From: the human T2T-CHM13v2.0 reference genome, Homo sapiens
Reading direction: 5' to 3' (one strand)
Length of the DNA stretch: 64,000 bases
Assembly: GCF_009914755.1 (NCBI RefSeq)
Contig: NC_060927.1
This document shows positions 41,730-55,614 of the stretch, in pieces. The translations under genes and the position numbers were made by a program. Within the stretch, counting starts at the first letter, position 1, and each line of letters opens with the position of its first letter. The notes under the pieces are model-generated. The model worked only from the letters and a program-made list of their open reading frames with translations. It was not told the origin of the DNA and did not search any database.

Positions 41730-42572
41730 GTCTAGTGGGAAAGTCAGATCTTAAGCAGTTATGGTATAGTGCTGGCCAGTGTCATTAGCAAATGCTAGAA
41801 GTTTAAAGAATTTCTTTGTTATAGGTAAGACTACTGTGCCAGTTCAAATAAATTCCCCAGCATATTTGTCATTTTTCATTTTCTTATTGTTTCCATTTTT
41901 CTAAAGCAAGTGAACTTATACTCTGAACAGAAGGGAAAGAAAAACAAAACCAAAACCAAAACTGCAGGTTCAAGACCAAGGGAGTTGTAGCCTAGTTTAA
42001 CCAGTTTTCTAAATCCAGTTAAACTAGGTTATAACTCTCGGGGCTGGCCCACGCTCTGTGCTGTTTAAATTACAGAATCTCAAAGTGGATTGGAACAACA
42101 GGCCCAGTGTTGCCTGGTGTGAGCCTGCAAAGTACCTAGACAATAGAAGTCACTCACAAACAAGGACTTAATACAGTGCTACGGATCAAAACCTCAGTGG
42201 AAAGTTAGCCTTGGTCCAAGAAAGCAGGCCAGCTCGATTTCAGCCCCACTCTATCTGCACTGTCCACATGTGAGTGTCTCTGCTTGAGGTTTCTGTTAAT
42301 GAGTTATTAGTACAGTTTTTAGTGAACACCAGTGGGCTATTTCCCCACCACCCTTACAAACACCAATTAGCCTGTCCAGACCTCTGATTTCAGCATCAGA
42401 AAAAAAGAAGTCCTCCTGGATGTTTCTACCTCATATTTACCCACTGAGCAATACTTTGTGAACCAGTTTAATTGGCTTGAATACCTCAGACATGCTATCA
42501 GCTGATAAATCAGCAGGCGGCTCTTAGAAAATTAGGTCAACCTTAATCTTATTTTATTTAGAACCTGGAGTT

Positions 42573-42574
42573 GG

Positions 42575-42609
<35 letters not shown>

Positions 42610-42640
42610 AAAAAAAGAAAAGAAAGGAAGGAAAAGGATA
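42573..42640. repeat. (GAAA)n / GA-rich low-complexity tract
   Basis: Direct inspection. Confidence 0.95.
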
Positions 42641-43059
42641 GAAGTTTGACTAGGTTTCATTGTGTTGAATTTATTGGCTATTTCAAATCTTCCAGGATGT
42701 CTGCTGAAGCCCATATGAAAACAGTTAAATGCTATTCTAACAGACTCCAATATGCTAGGAATATGATAGGGGATGTTGAATGGAAAATTCTCTAATTACT
42801 ATGTTCATATTTCATGGTGAAATATATTCAAGATTAACTATATTCTAATGGGATGGTACATGTATCCAAAACATTTGGGGGCAGCTTGGTTGGGTGGGAA
42901 GGAAAAATAGCTTAATTAGGCCAGAGATAGAGTGTTCATAGAATTTCTTGTTGTACACAGCTAGTTTTAAATTTCTTGTTTCACAACTTTGAGCTACTGT
43001 TTATGAAATCAGCATTGTTAGGAAATAAATTTGGTCAGCATGCCCATCTTTCCATTTCT

Positions 43060-43564
43060 ACACATGTGGGGCCATATTTGATGCAATGTGAGCCGTTAAG
43101 AGTCAGGGCAGCCGCCTAAGGTAAGGTATGAGGTACATAAGGCCCTCTGTGGGTTTCACAGTCATCTACTGAACTTGGAAGCCAGTCAGATTTTCTGAAA
43201 ATATACTGAAAATGACGTTAAACTACAAAGCCGAGTTTTCAATATGTTGTAAACATCCTCACAGCGAGAGCAAAAATAGCCCACTTTGATTCATTGCCTG
43301 CCAGTGCTTGCTCTCAAGAGTAGCCAAGAGGAGCAAAGAAGCTGGAAAGGAAAAAAGAAAACCAGAAAGAGACAAACAGAGAGACAAGAGAGAGAAAAAG
43401 GGTCGCGGGTTAAGAGAGACAGAGAGAGAGAGCAAGAGAGGAAATTTTAAAGTAAACAAGCAGCTCTAAGTACCCTGGACTTAACTTGCTGAAAACTTCA
43501 GTGGAAAGGGCAAGCCTCACTCGGAGGATCCTCGGATAATAAAAGACGTCTTGGTTTTATGAAG
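43060..43564 (+). promoter_or_regulatory. Candidate promoter and first exon of an unidentified gene (5' splice site AAG|GTAACT after 43564)
   Basis: Repeat-free, ~11 CpG in ~530 bp; CRE half-site TGACGT (43213), MEF2-like GCAAAAATAG (43270), FOX GTAAACA (43452); GA-rich leader; ATG AAG immediately before the donor. Confidence 0.5.
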
Positions 43565-44249
43565 GTAACTGGCATTGGCAGAGCTGCTGGCTGCCTGCCT
43601 GCATAGTCCCACGACCTATGACTTAATTTGGATTTTGGATTCATGCAAATATGAGCATCAGAGAGGAAATAAAGTCTCAGCTGACAACCAGAATGAATTT
43701 CCTAGCAGAGCTCATGAGTACATCCTTACTGTGGAGAAATAAGGGGTTTTCCAGGGCTTCCCAATTCTCAATGCTTCTAGCACTTGGATATAAAATGTTA
43801 AGCAGGGTCCATTTATAGATGACAGAGGGAGGAAAAAATTACAAGAAGAAATGATGTTCATAATATTTAGAGTACGCGCATGGGAAAGATATTCAAAAGA
43901 AACAATGCTGATTATGTAAATATTTTCACTCCAAAGTTTGATGAAGTTAGTATTTGTTTTCTTATTCTCTACTATTTTTATTGCAAATTTATAGAATTTA
44001 ACATTTTTTTCTTTTACAATGGCATTTTTAATTGAGTTTTTAAAACCTTCAAGCATGTTTAATTCCATTGCATTCTTCTTCTTATTCCATATTCCTTTGA
44101 GTAGCTCACATCTTTCAAAAAACTTTGCTCCTGGATCTCATAGACTCAATTTTAGAACTGATGTTCCCTGTTTCAGGCCACCATATTTGCTCTATTTAAT
44201 AACATGTTATTCCAGGGATTTCATAGATCACCAAAGAAGCCCTAGTTAT

Positions 44250-44480
44250 CTGCTTCAGCCCAGATTCCTGGGTCCAAATCCCAGTTGCACAGTTTGATAA
44301 TTGTTCAACTTTCACAAGTTACATATTTTCTCTGTAATTCAGTTTCCCCATTTTCAAAATGGAGACAAAAATAATACCTATCACATAGGGTTGTTGTGGA
44401 GGTTAAATGAGTTGGTATAAATTAAACGCTAGAATAATTCCTGGCACATGGTAAGTACCATAGAAATGTTAGTTGTTATT
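44250..44480 (+). mobile_element. MIR
   Basis: CTGGGTCCAAATCCCAG...CAGTTTCCCCATTTTCAAAATGGAG...CCTGGCACATGGTAAG. Confidence 0.85.
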
Positions 44481-44544
44481 CTGAGTCACTCAATCATTAA
44501 TTTATACATTCAAGTTTTATTGGGTTATCTATGCTCTACTCCTC

Positions 44545-44885
44545 TGACTACAGGGCCTTTGCAACTATAGTTCTCTTCGTCTCTGTTTTTCCCCTCTTTA
44601 CTCGAATAAACTATACTCTTCCTAACTTAACCTGAATGCCATTTTCTCTCAGAGGTTCCCCTGTACCCCCAGAATAGATCAGATTTTCAGTGTCCTCAGT
44701 TCCCTTCCTTCATCACATTTATAAGAGAGTTTGTAATTATGCATTTGGCTTTTATTATTTGGCAACTATATGCTCCTCCCTAGACCATGCACCCCATAAG
44801 AGCATGTACCACGCAAGTTTTTGTTCACCATTGTATCCTCAGTGACTAGCGGAGAGTAGATGTTCAAGAAGTAATTGCTGCTGAA
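44545..44885 (+). mobile_element. L2 fragment
   Basis: CAGGGCCTTTGCA...TGTTCACCATTGTATCCTCAG. Confidence 0.65.
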
Positions 44886-45844
44886 CCAGCGGGCAAATGT
44901 GCCATCACTGTACTGGGCACTAATGAGTAAAGATCAGTAATTCCTGCTCTTAAGGTACTTGCAGACAACTAGAGGCTGGAGTCCAGTCTGGACTCAATTT
45001 CAATTGTCCAGGTGAATAATGAGGAAAAGCACAACCTAGGGCAGTGGCAATGTTTCAGATCACCTGGCTCTGTGGCCTCATCATCTGCCCTGGTGGCCTC
45101 CAGAACACTTGATGGCAGGGTCCCAAGAACAGGCAATAAGAATCTGGCTAGCAGAGGAGGATAAAGTGCCTATGCCCTTTCAGAAAATTGCCCTTGGGAA
45201 CCCTCAATTCGTACTGAATCTCTAGCTTAATGATAGCAGGAAACTCCAAGAAATTTCTCTCCAATTTTTTTCTTGGATAACTTATTCAGGCTGCTACTGA
45301 CAGTGCCTCTGCAAAGCTTCCTCTTCCTGTAAAATAATTTTAAACTTAATTGTGAGTTCAGTGGTAGTTGTGATTCTCAGATGTCTATTCTTTTAAGGAG
45401 TTGGCATTGGTCTACTGTTTTATGCATAACATTTGACTGCATCTTCAAACTTTGCCTGGTGTTTCACTACCAGGCATACTCAGTTCATCTACGTAGTGTG
45501 GAGAAAAATGGAGATTGGAGGACTTCATCTCAAAACTTTAATCCAGCCAAGCTTGTATCTTATTTCTATTTCCTTTCTACACTCACAGGAATAATAGTTT
45601 TACAGCGATGAACATCATCAACATACATTTATTAAGTACTTATAGCTTAGTAAGTAGGTCATGGCATATAGGACTTTAGGTTATAGGTCTTTTATATCTC
45701 TACCAATAGCTGGTTATATGACTTCAGGTTAATTATTTAATATACTGTGCCCTCATTTTCTTTCTGTATTATGCAGGTTATTTTGATACTTGCATCATAG
45801 TTTCTGTGAAGTTCAAGTGTGAGGAAGCAGTGAAGTAATTAGAT

Positions 45845-46188
45845 CAGGGGTCCCCAACCTCCAGGCTGCAGACCTATACACAGGCCTATTAGGAACCAGG
45901 CTGCATAGCAGCAGGTGAGCAGCAGGCGAGTGAGCGTTACTGTCTGAGCTCCACCTCCTGTCAGATCAGTGGTGGCATTAGATTCTCATAGGAGTGTGAA
46001 CTCTATTGTGAACTGTGCATGTGAGGGTTGTAGATAAAGTGCCCCTTATGATAATCTAACTAATGCCTGATGATCTGAGGTGGAAGAGTTTCATCCCTAA
46101 ACCATCTCCCCCAACTCTTCCCTGGTCCATGGAAAAAACTGTCTTCCATGAAACTATTCCCTGGTGTCAAAAAGGTTGAGGACCAATA
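45845..46188 (+). mobile_element. MER1B inside a MIR
   Basis: CAGGGGTCCCCAACC...CAAAAAGGTTGAGGACC; TSD-like AATTAGAT/GCTTAGAT. Confidence 0.92.
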
Positions 46189-46339
46189 GCTTAGATAATA
46201 CATGCACAGAATGCTCAATAATGGTAGGAATAAGGCTGATGCTGGTACTGATAATGTGTTCCTCGTTTGTGAAGTTCATCATGATCTCAACTCAGGAATT
46301 TACATTAAAGTTGTCCTGGACTGCCTATGTATCTAGGTA

Positions 46340-46650
46340 TGTGCTAGAGGCAAACTCAAATTATCTCCAGAGGAAGTCACTTCAACTTAAGTCACATAGA
46401 ATCCCCTCAAATACTTAAGGACAATGACCAACATACAGTTAAAAATAATCAAGCACATAAGGAAACAAGGAAATAAGGCAACAAGAGTGAGAGTTGAGAG
46501 TGAGAACCAGCAGGGACAACAGAGAGCAAAAACAATGAAGACTTCAGATATTGGACTCATCAATACAAAATTATAAAACAATGAATTCAGAGTATTTACA
46601 TCAATAAAAAGCAAGCTTGAGAATACCTACAAGCAATAGGAAACTCTAAA
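46340..46650 (+). mobile_element. Old L1/HAL1 5' region fragment
   Basis: A-rich AAAAATAATCAAGCACATAAGGAAACAAG...ACTTCAGATATTGGA. Confidence 0.55.
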
Positions 46651-46959
46651 AATGGCAGAGATGAGCTCTGGGTATCATTGTAGCTGAATCTTTTCATTAG
46701 TTTTCCCTTTACCATAGCCCTTTACACAGCCTGGTCTGCCAATTTCCCATTTTAGGTCTGGGCCTTGACTTGAACCCTAATTTTAAAGTTGGGGTCCCAA
46801 AACATGCTCTTTGATATGTTGCTTCCTCTAGAATGGGATTGATTCCACTTCCTGTGCTTCCTTGGCAGAGTTGGAAATCTTGCCAGGAATGAACAGATAT
46901 CCTGGGACTTCAACTTGTTGTAGGGTAGTAGCAAATCTCACTCCCTATCCTCTGTCCAC

Positions 46960-47360
46960 TTTGGTTTCTATTTCACAGAGAACAGATCTCAAAGTGGTTA
47001 AAACAATAAAGAATTTTATTATTTCACAAAACAGGAAATCAAAAGGTAGCCTGGGCTGTAGGGTTGGTTAATTCAGCAGTTCAGCAATGAACTCAGATTC
47101 TTTCTGCCTTACCATCCACACCATTGGCTTGATTCTACAGCTGGTTTTACTCTTCATCTCAAAGTGGCTGTCAGGAGCAATCAGAAGCATTTGTGTGTTT
47201 ATTCAAACCCAGTCAGGGAGAGAGAAAGTGAGGCTCCCCAAAATCGCTGGCTAAAAGTCTTTTCTTTGTTCTGATTGGGCCAACACAAGTCATGTGGGCA
47301 CCCTGCTAAACATATTTACTGATTGGCTTAAATCCGAATTTCTCAACCAATCACTGGCAA
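46960..47360 (-). mobile_element. Old MLT1 LTR
   Basis: AGTGGTTAAAACAATAAAG...TTATTTCACAAAACAGGAAATC...TCTGATTGGGCC. Confidence 0.6.
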
Positions 47361-47830
47361 GAAAGAACTGATTTAGAGAAACGGCTTAGACCAGTGAGTG
47401 GTTCCTGATTCTCCATGGGGCTGAAACTAGCACTGTGAGGAAATGTAAGGGGCTGTTGTTGTCACAATGATTTGAGAGAACAGGTGGAATAGAAGTTAAA
47501 TGTCTTGCAAAGCATAAAGAAGATGACAATATAGTCTCACACAGTACGAAACTGTCCTCTGACCTGCAGGATATTAAAAAAAGACCTTTATTGAGATATA
47601 ATTTACATACCATAGAACTCACCTATTTAAAGTACACAGTTTAATGTTTTTTACATTATTCAAGGAGTTTTACAACTATCACTATGATCAATTTTAGAAC
47701 ATTTTCATCTTTCTCTCTTCCCAAAAAACCCATACTCATAGCAATCACTCAATCTCCCGCTCTCAGTCCTAGGAAATCTCTAATCTACCTCCTGCCTCTA
47801 TAGATTGTCCTAGTCTGGATTTTTGATATA

Positions 47831-48588
47831 CAGTCAGGTGTCACTTAACAATGGCAATACTTTCTGAGAAATGTGTTGTTATGAAGTTTTATTGTTGTGT
47901 AACATCATAGTGTGTACTTATACTAACCTAGATGGTATGGCCTACTACATACCTGCGATATATAGTATAGTTTGTTGCTCTTAGGCTACAAATCTGTACA
48001 ACATGTGACTGTAGTGAGTACTGTAAGCAATTGTTACACAAAAGTATTTATGTATCTAAACATATGTAAACATAGAAGAAGTACCTGTGTTAGGCTGTTC
48101 TTGCATTGCTCTAAAGAAGTACCTGAGGCTGAGTAATTTATAAATAAAAGAGGTTCCTTTGTCTCATGTTTCTGCAGCCAGCACAGGAAACATAGCTCTG
48201 GCATCTACTTGATTTCTGGGGAGGTCTCAAGGAGATTTTACTCGTGGCAGAAGGCAAAGCAGGAGCAGGTATGCCACATGGCCAGAACAGGAGCAAGAGA
48301 GAGAAGTGGGGAGGTGCCACACACTTAAACAACCAGATCTTGTGAGAACTCACTCACTATCACAAGGAGAGCACCAAGCCATGAGGGATCCACTCCAAGG
48401 ACCCAAACACTTCCCACTGGGCCCCATCTCCAACACTGGGTATTACATTTCAACATGAGATTTGGTGGGGATATATATATATATACACAAACTATATTGG
48501 AGCTGTAAAAATATGGTATGGTAATCTTATGGGACTACTGTTGTGTATACAGTCTGTCATTGACCAAAACATCAGCAGCACATGACTG
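47831..48588. mobile_element. Tigger3a/MER7A, split by MSTB
   Basis: TA|CAGTCA...TTCTGAGAAATGTG...CATGACTG|TA. Confidence 0.88.
48086..48499 (-). mobile_element. MSTB MaLR solo LTR
   Basis: TGTGTTAGGCTGTTCTTGCATTGCT...ACATTTCAACATGAGATTTGG...AAACTATA. Confidence 0.88.
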
Positions 48589-49150
48589 TAAATCAAATGA
48601 AACAATATGTGGACTTTGGTGGCTGGCTTCTTTTAGTTAGCATGTTTTCAAAGTTCATCCATGTTGTAGTATGCATCAGTACTTCATTCTTTTTCAGTGT
48701 GAATAAGATGTTCAGTGTGAATGAACAATGTTCCATTGTTTGGAGATACCATATTTTATTTATCCATTCATCATAATGAATATTGAATCTTCATTGATGG
48801 GCATTTCAGTTGTTTTCTCTTTTTTGCTGTTTTGGACACTCACATACAAAGTTTTGGGTGAACGTATGCTTACCTTTCTCTTGGGTATATACCTAGTAAT
48901 GGAATTGCTGGATCATATGGCAACTCTATTTTTAAACTTCGGAGGAACTGCTAGACTGTTTTCCAAAGCAGCTGCACCATTTTACATTCTTCCTTGATCT
49001 GCAGGTGGGAATATCTCTATAACCATTTGAGTGCATTATATGACTGATTTACATATAAACATAAAGCACTGATTTGCAAGATACAACTGGCAACCACACT
49101 ATTTGTTGTATTTCGGTTACCAAAAAAACACATCTTCTATCAGTCTATAC

Positions 49151-49404
49151 CAGTGGCTGTCAGCCAGAGGTAATCTTTCCCCCAGAGGCAGTTTGCAATG
49201 TCTGGAGACATTTTCGGTTGTGAGGTGTGTGTGTGTATGTGTGTGTATGTGTGTGTGTGTATGTGTGTGTGTTACTAGTGTCTAGTAGATGGAGTCCAGG
49301 GATGCTGTTATATATCTTACAATGCATAAGACAGCCCCCGACAACAACAATAAAAAGACTTATCTAGCCCAAAATGTCAATAGTGCTGAGGCTGAGAAAA
49401 CATG
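49151..49404. mobile_element. MER20 with an internal (TG)n expansion (~49225-49271)
   Basis: GCAATGTCTGGAGACATTTT...GCCCAAAATGTCAATAGTGCTGAGG. Confidence 0.88.
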
Positions 49405-51834
49405 ATGTCAACTCAGAGTCCTCAAATTCACAATGCTTCTTTTTACAAGTACACCACTTTCCTAGTATTTATTATGTGCTTTAAAGGAGTCATGCCTGGG
49501 CATTTTCTGATTGGAATGCATATAATCTTATTATAGGAAATGTTTAAAATCTTTTATATCATAGGAAATTATGTAGATTGTATAAAATATATAGATTATA
49601 CTAGCTTTGAGCTTCATTTCTGGATAATACAATTGCTAGAACAGGAATCAATGGCTTGGATCCCTCAGGTTCAACACTGGGAGCTGGGATGGGTGCAGCT
49701 TCCTCAGAGACCATTGAGCCTCCAGGGGAGGGATGGATGCTGGAGGGAAACTGGGGCTCTGTGAGGGAGGAGGAAGAGGAGAATGCTGCACAGACAGTAA
49801 ACAGGGTCTACTATAATTCCTAGTGTTTGCAAAGATCCAGATTTAGCTCCTGGGGAAGCCTAACTGTATTTCCTACCTTGTTACTTTATAATCTTCTTTC
49901 TTTTGTAGCTTCAACTCATTTCAGTAGATTATGTTATTTGCAACCAAAAAGATCCAGAAGTAAAACAAAGGCAGGTGGGAAGATAATGTAAGTGAAGGAA
50001 AAAATAGTTTGATATCCTCGTAAGTTTAAAGAAGGACTGTTATAGATATGAATTAAAATTGTCTTGCCTGTTGCCTTTTATCAGCAGATGTGGCTATGGG
50101 GCTTATCCGTTTACAAATTTGAAAAAGATGGAGAAAACTTAGGCTTCATATTGAAGATGCTGCAGAGTTTGCATGTGGGCAACAAAGGCTTCACAACAAA
50201 CGAGGTGTCATGGGAAAAATAAGAGCTGAAAACGTTTCCTGCCTCTGGGAAGTTGGTGCTATGAAAGTTTCCTCTGCTAAGTAATCAAGTAGCACATTTC
50301 TCTACTGGTCTGTGAAGAAGAAGGCAGTACTATGGCTGACGAGTTAAACTTTTCTTTGCAGCTTCGAACCTCACTGTGCGTGAGAATCTCAGCATATGTG
50401 TCCAAGCCTACCTGTGCATGTTTGGGTTTAAATCAGATTCCTGGATACTGCTCTAAGGGATGACAGTCTTAGTAGGTCCTGTGGGTGCCTGGGAATCTGC
50501 ATTTTAAACAAATGCTTCCTCCTCATCCTTTATTCCCCTCTCCTCTTCATGATTTTGATCCAGGCTTTGAGAATTTTGCTTTAGATGTAATGATTCTTGT
50601 CTTTTTCATGACTGAGGCAAGAGTTGGGAAAGACAGTGCTGCCAGCTTGTCGTGCTGCAGTGAGCTTACTCAGATCCGTTTGTCAGCTCAGCTTTCTGAC
50701 TGCTTAGAGAGCCAGAGAAGCTGGCTCTTCTGGGAATGGCTGACATTCCCGCGACAATGGAATTTCCTTTGCTGCAGAAGATGTGGCTTGCATCACGCTG
50801 TGCACAGATTTTGTTGCTACTCAGTAAGATTTCCCTGAAGTGGCCTCAATTGAGTGATGGCTAGGAATGGGGCTTGCAGGCCCTGAGAGCACACTGATTG
50901 CAGTGTGAACATCATGCAGGGTTTTGCAATGCAGAGGAAAATGGTGTTGGGCCAGTGATCATGTCGGCTGCCTTATGAAATGTACTTCTTGTGCCCTCGC
51001 AGAGGAGTTACTCTTGATACTGACCAGGGTTAGCGGAAGTGATGAATGTATTTATATGTGTATATAACCCCTGATGGGTTGAGGTTTCTGTGTTTTCAAT
51101 GGACTTTGATGTGGAGGAGAAAATACATTTCAAGAAGAAATCCCTGTAGGAGAGAAGGCTGGGTGCCTTCCCCCTCCCCCAAAGGCATTCTGATCCAGAT
51201 AGAAAGCAGGCCCTGAGGATATAAAAATTTGAAGTGCTGTGGAAAACAGTAATTTCAGCTGGGACTGCTGGTGGGTGTGGAGAGATGACTCAGATTCATG
51301 AAAGAGAATCAAAGACATCCTGGAAAGAAGAAATGTGTTTGGTAGCATATGGCTGTTTTGCCTTTTTCTTTCTGGGAATGGGGGAGCTTTGAGAAGGAAT
51401 ACAGGGCATATACTAGTGTTAGGGAGGACTAGGGAGCTAGATGTCACCTGCCAAGGCCAGAGGTGTCCTTAGAAAGAACAATAGGCCATCTTGGTGACAG
51501 AAATGGTACTAGTGCTTCCTGGATAGCAAATACCAGGAACTCTGTAGCACTGCTCTCCTCACCCTTCCCCATAACTGACATTGCCAGTGGATCACAGTGC
51601 CCTTTTTCACTTGAGGCAGTCATTAGCAACACGTCAGAGTTAGCACTCCAGATGAGATTGAAGATACTTAAGCATTCCACCGAAGAAGATCAGAGAGAAC
51701 TTCTCAGACCAGATGAAATGTAGAAACAAGACAAATATCACAGAATGGTTCCAAAGCTTCAAAATATCTTGGGGGATTCTCTGATTCCTTTCTAAGGACT
51801 GTGAGAAACCTAAGATAATTTATATCAATGACAA

Positions 51835-52005
51835 TAAAAGCAGCTATTATTTGTCAAACACTTTCAATATGCAGGCACTGAGCTATTTTTGTGTCATTTA
51901 ATCCTCATAGCAGTGTTGTGAGGGGCTGACATTCCTATTTTACAGGTGAAGAAACTGAGCTCAGAGAGGTTGATTGACTTTCTCAGGGTCACACAGCTGA
52001 TAGGT
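51835..52005 (-). mobile_element. MIR
   Basis: TTTTACAGGTGAAGAAACTGAGCTCAGAGAGG. Confidence 0.8.
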
Positions 52006-52314
52006 TGTAGCCTACTGTCATTACTATATTTTACTCCCCCTGCAGTTACCCTTTTATCTCATTCCTCATATTCTCCCTCCAATGTTTATCTTATATTTAG
52101 AGTTTACCTGTCACCTATAGTCAGGTAGTGTTTCCTACACTCAAAAGGGTGCAAAACTGCATGGGTGCATGCACACAAATACACACACACATCCTCTAAG
52201 GGTAGCTAAGGCATCCCTCCCCTGTACTCCCACAGTACCTTATGATTACTCCAATCAAAGCACGTATCATTCTGTTTTTAATTCCCTTATTACTTATTTC
52301 CCCCATAAGACTGA

Positions 52315-52625
<311 letters not shown>

Positions 52626-52999
52626 AACACAGGGACTTTCTTGTTTATTTTCTGTACGCTTTCGATAACTAAATTATTAAGATTCCAAGTTGTTCCATAA
52701 CTTGGCAGAATACTATCTTGGTATCTTGAATGTGGTATCTCGTATTCAATGAGCAACCATATACGTGTTGCTCACTGAGTATTCTGACACCTTTTTTTCA
52801 ATAAACTTCTGTATAGAAACACTGTGTGAACAGTACTTGCCAGTTGGTATTTTGAGCCCTCAAATTGGTGAGATTTTTGTAGGATAGGATAAAAGCTCTA
52901 AGTGAAATGCTATGATTCTTTCTTTCCCCAAAGAGTATGAGGCTCTTTGAGCAAAACACATGTGTATATGCATACTTCTGTCTATATACATTTTAATAA

Positions 53000-53235
53000 T
53001 AACAATAGCTGTCATTGACAACTATTAATTGACAACTTAATATGTTATAGGCCTGTGCTAAGACCCCAAGTAACATTCTCTCATTTGTCTTTTGCCTTAG
53101 GATATGTTTTGAGCATAATTTTCCAGAAGAGAAAATTGAGGCTCAGAGAAGTTAGGAAATCTGCCTGAGGCCACACAGCCAGGAAATGACTGAGCTAATA
53201 TTCTGACCTAAAACGTTTACCTACACAGTGTCAGT
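53000..53235 (-). mobile_element. MIR
   Basis: GAAAATTGAGGCTCAGAGAAGTTA...GGCCACACAGC. Confidence 0.75.
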
Positions 53236-54447
53236 CTTAAGCAGGCATTTAGAATCCAGAGGGCTTGGGCTCAAGATTATCTCTCTCAGTCTGGTGAATG
53301 CAAGGTAATGCAAAGGATTAGCCCCAGTCAGACTTCTGACCAGCTCCCTGAGGTTTGTTTATCCTCTGAATTACCTGTGCGAAGATTTCTGCCATCGCCA
53401 TCTCCCCTTTCTCTGCTTGTGGAGAGTGGGCTCAGGAGTGAGGGGAAGCATGCAGAAATTGTTAGTTGACACCTCGCCCTGGTCATTCCCATGACTTATG
53501 AGTGCACATCAGACACACAGTTGCCAAACACTCTCGCGTGATACTCATTTTCCCTGGATCCCAGCTGCCTATGAGTCCAGAAAGAAAGCTGGGGCCAGCG
53601 CTGGGGTCAGCCAAACAAACAGATGGAGATGAGCAGAGGTGACACCCGATCACTCCTCGGCATCTGCTGGGCCTGTCGCGGCTGCTCTGGCTGGCTGATG
53701 CCTTGACCCAGCTAATCCTGTTGGTCATCCTGGTGCCGGCTGTGTTGTGTCACTCATCCTACCCTTGGGGTGACTTCTGCTTTCCTTTGGAAAGTCAGAT
53801 GGATAATGCTGGACTGCTTGCCTCCGTCCTGGTCTTGGGTCAGCCAAGCCCTCACATGGACTAAAGGGCTATCCAAGGTGCCAGTCTCTAGGGAGTTTAC
53901 AGATAATATTAGTCTATCTCCAGGTACTTCCCATTTTGGCATTTTGTTATCTGACACCAACAGTGCTTCTATTCCTGCTATGGTTAGCTAAGGTTTTAAG
54001 AATACCGTGCTAAAAGAGTAAAAGACCCGGGCTTATGTGGGGGTGGTTTTTTGGGTCCATGGCCACAAACTTCACCCATCCCTCTACCTCTCTAATAGTT
54101 CCTGAGCACCTATTATGTGCCAATCACTGTATTAGGATTACTGCCAAATCGATAGTGAAAAAATCCAATTTCATTAGTGCCACCACAGAACGTAGAATCC
54201 ACTAGAGGAGCTGAAAAATAAACTAGCTAGAAATAGATTGATATAATTACGATTTGAGCAAAGTCATAAAGGAGAAGAGTGTTGCAGGAAGTGGTAGGTG
54301 AAGACCCAGAAGCAGCCAGCAGCTTGACTCCTTCTAGGAACTGAAAGGTGGCCCTGGTACTGGGGTGTGGTAGATGGCGGGGAGCGGGGAGGAGATTGGG
54401 AAGGCCAGGAGGGCACAGGTCAGATCATGTGAGGGAGCTTGAGCTTG

Positions 54448-55240
<793 letters not shown>

Positions 55241-55614
55241 AGCTTGGGTTTTATTTGAGTTTCACTGGAACACACTGAAGGGTTTCAAGCAGGTGAATGA
55301 CATAATCTGGGTGACATTTTAAAATAACTCGTCTTCTTGCAGTGTGGAGAATATTTGGGACAGAGTTAGAGTGGAAGAAGTAAAATAAATTAAGAGGCTA
55401 TCACAGTGCCTCGGGAAAACTAAGATAGCTATAACAGCAGTGGAGAAAAGTCAAGGATCTTGAGATTATTCTTTGTGGTCATGTGGAAACAAAATGACAA
55501 TAGGTCAATGGCCTGGGTGACTCAACTTCTCTGCTGCAAGTTAAAAATTCTAAAAAATAGTCTATTTAGAAATTACCCTTCTCATCATGCATTAAGTGAA
55601 AGTAATTGGACAAC

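Larger units (their letters stand above)
47585..48995 (-). mobile_element. L1MB 3' end hosting Tigger3 and MSTB
   Basis: CTTTATTGAGATATAATTTACATACCATA...TTTTCCAAAGCAGCTGCACCATTTTACATTC. Confidence 0.85.
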
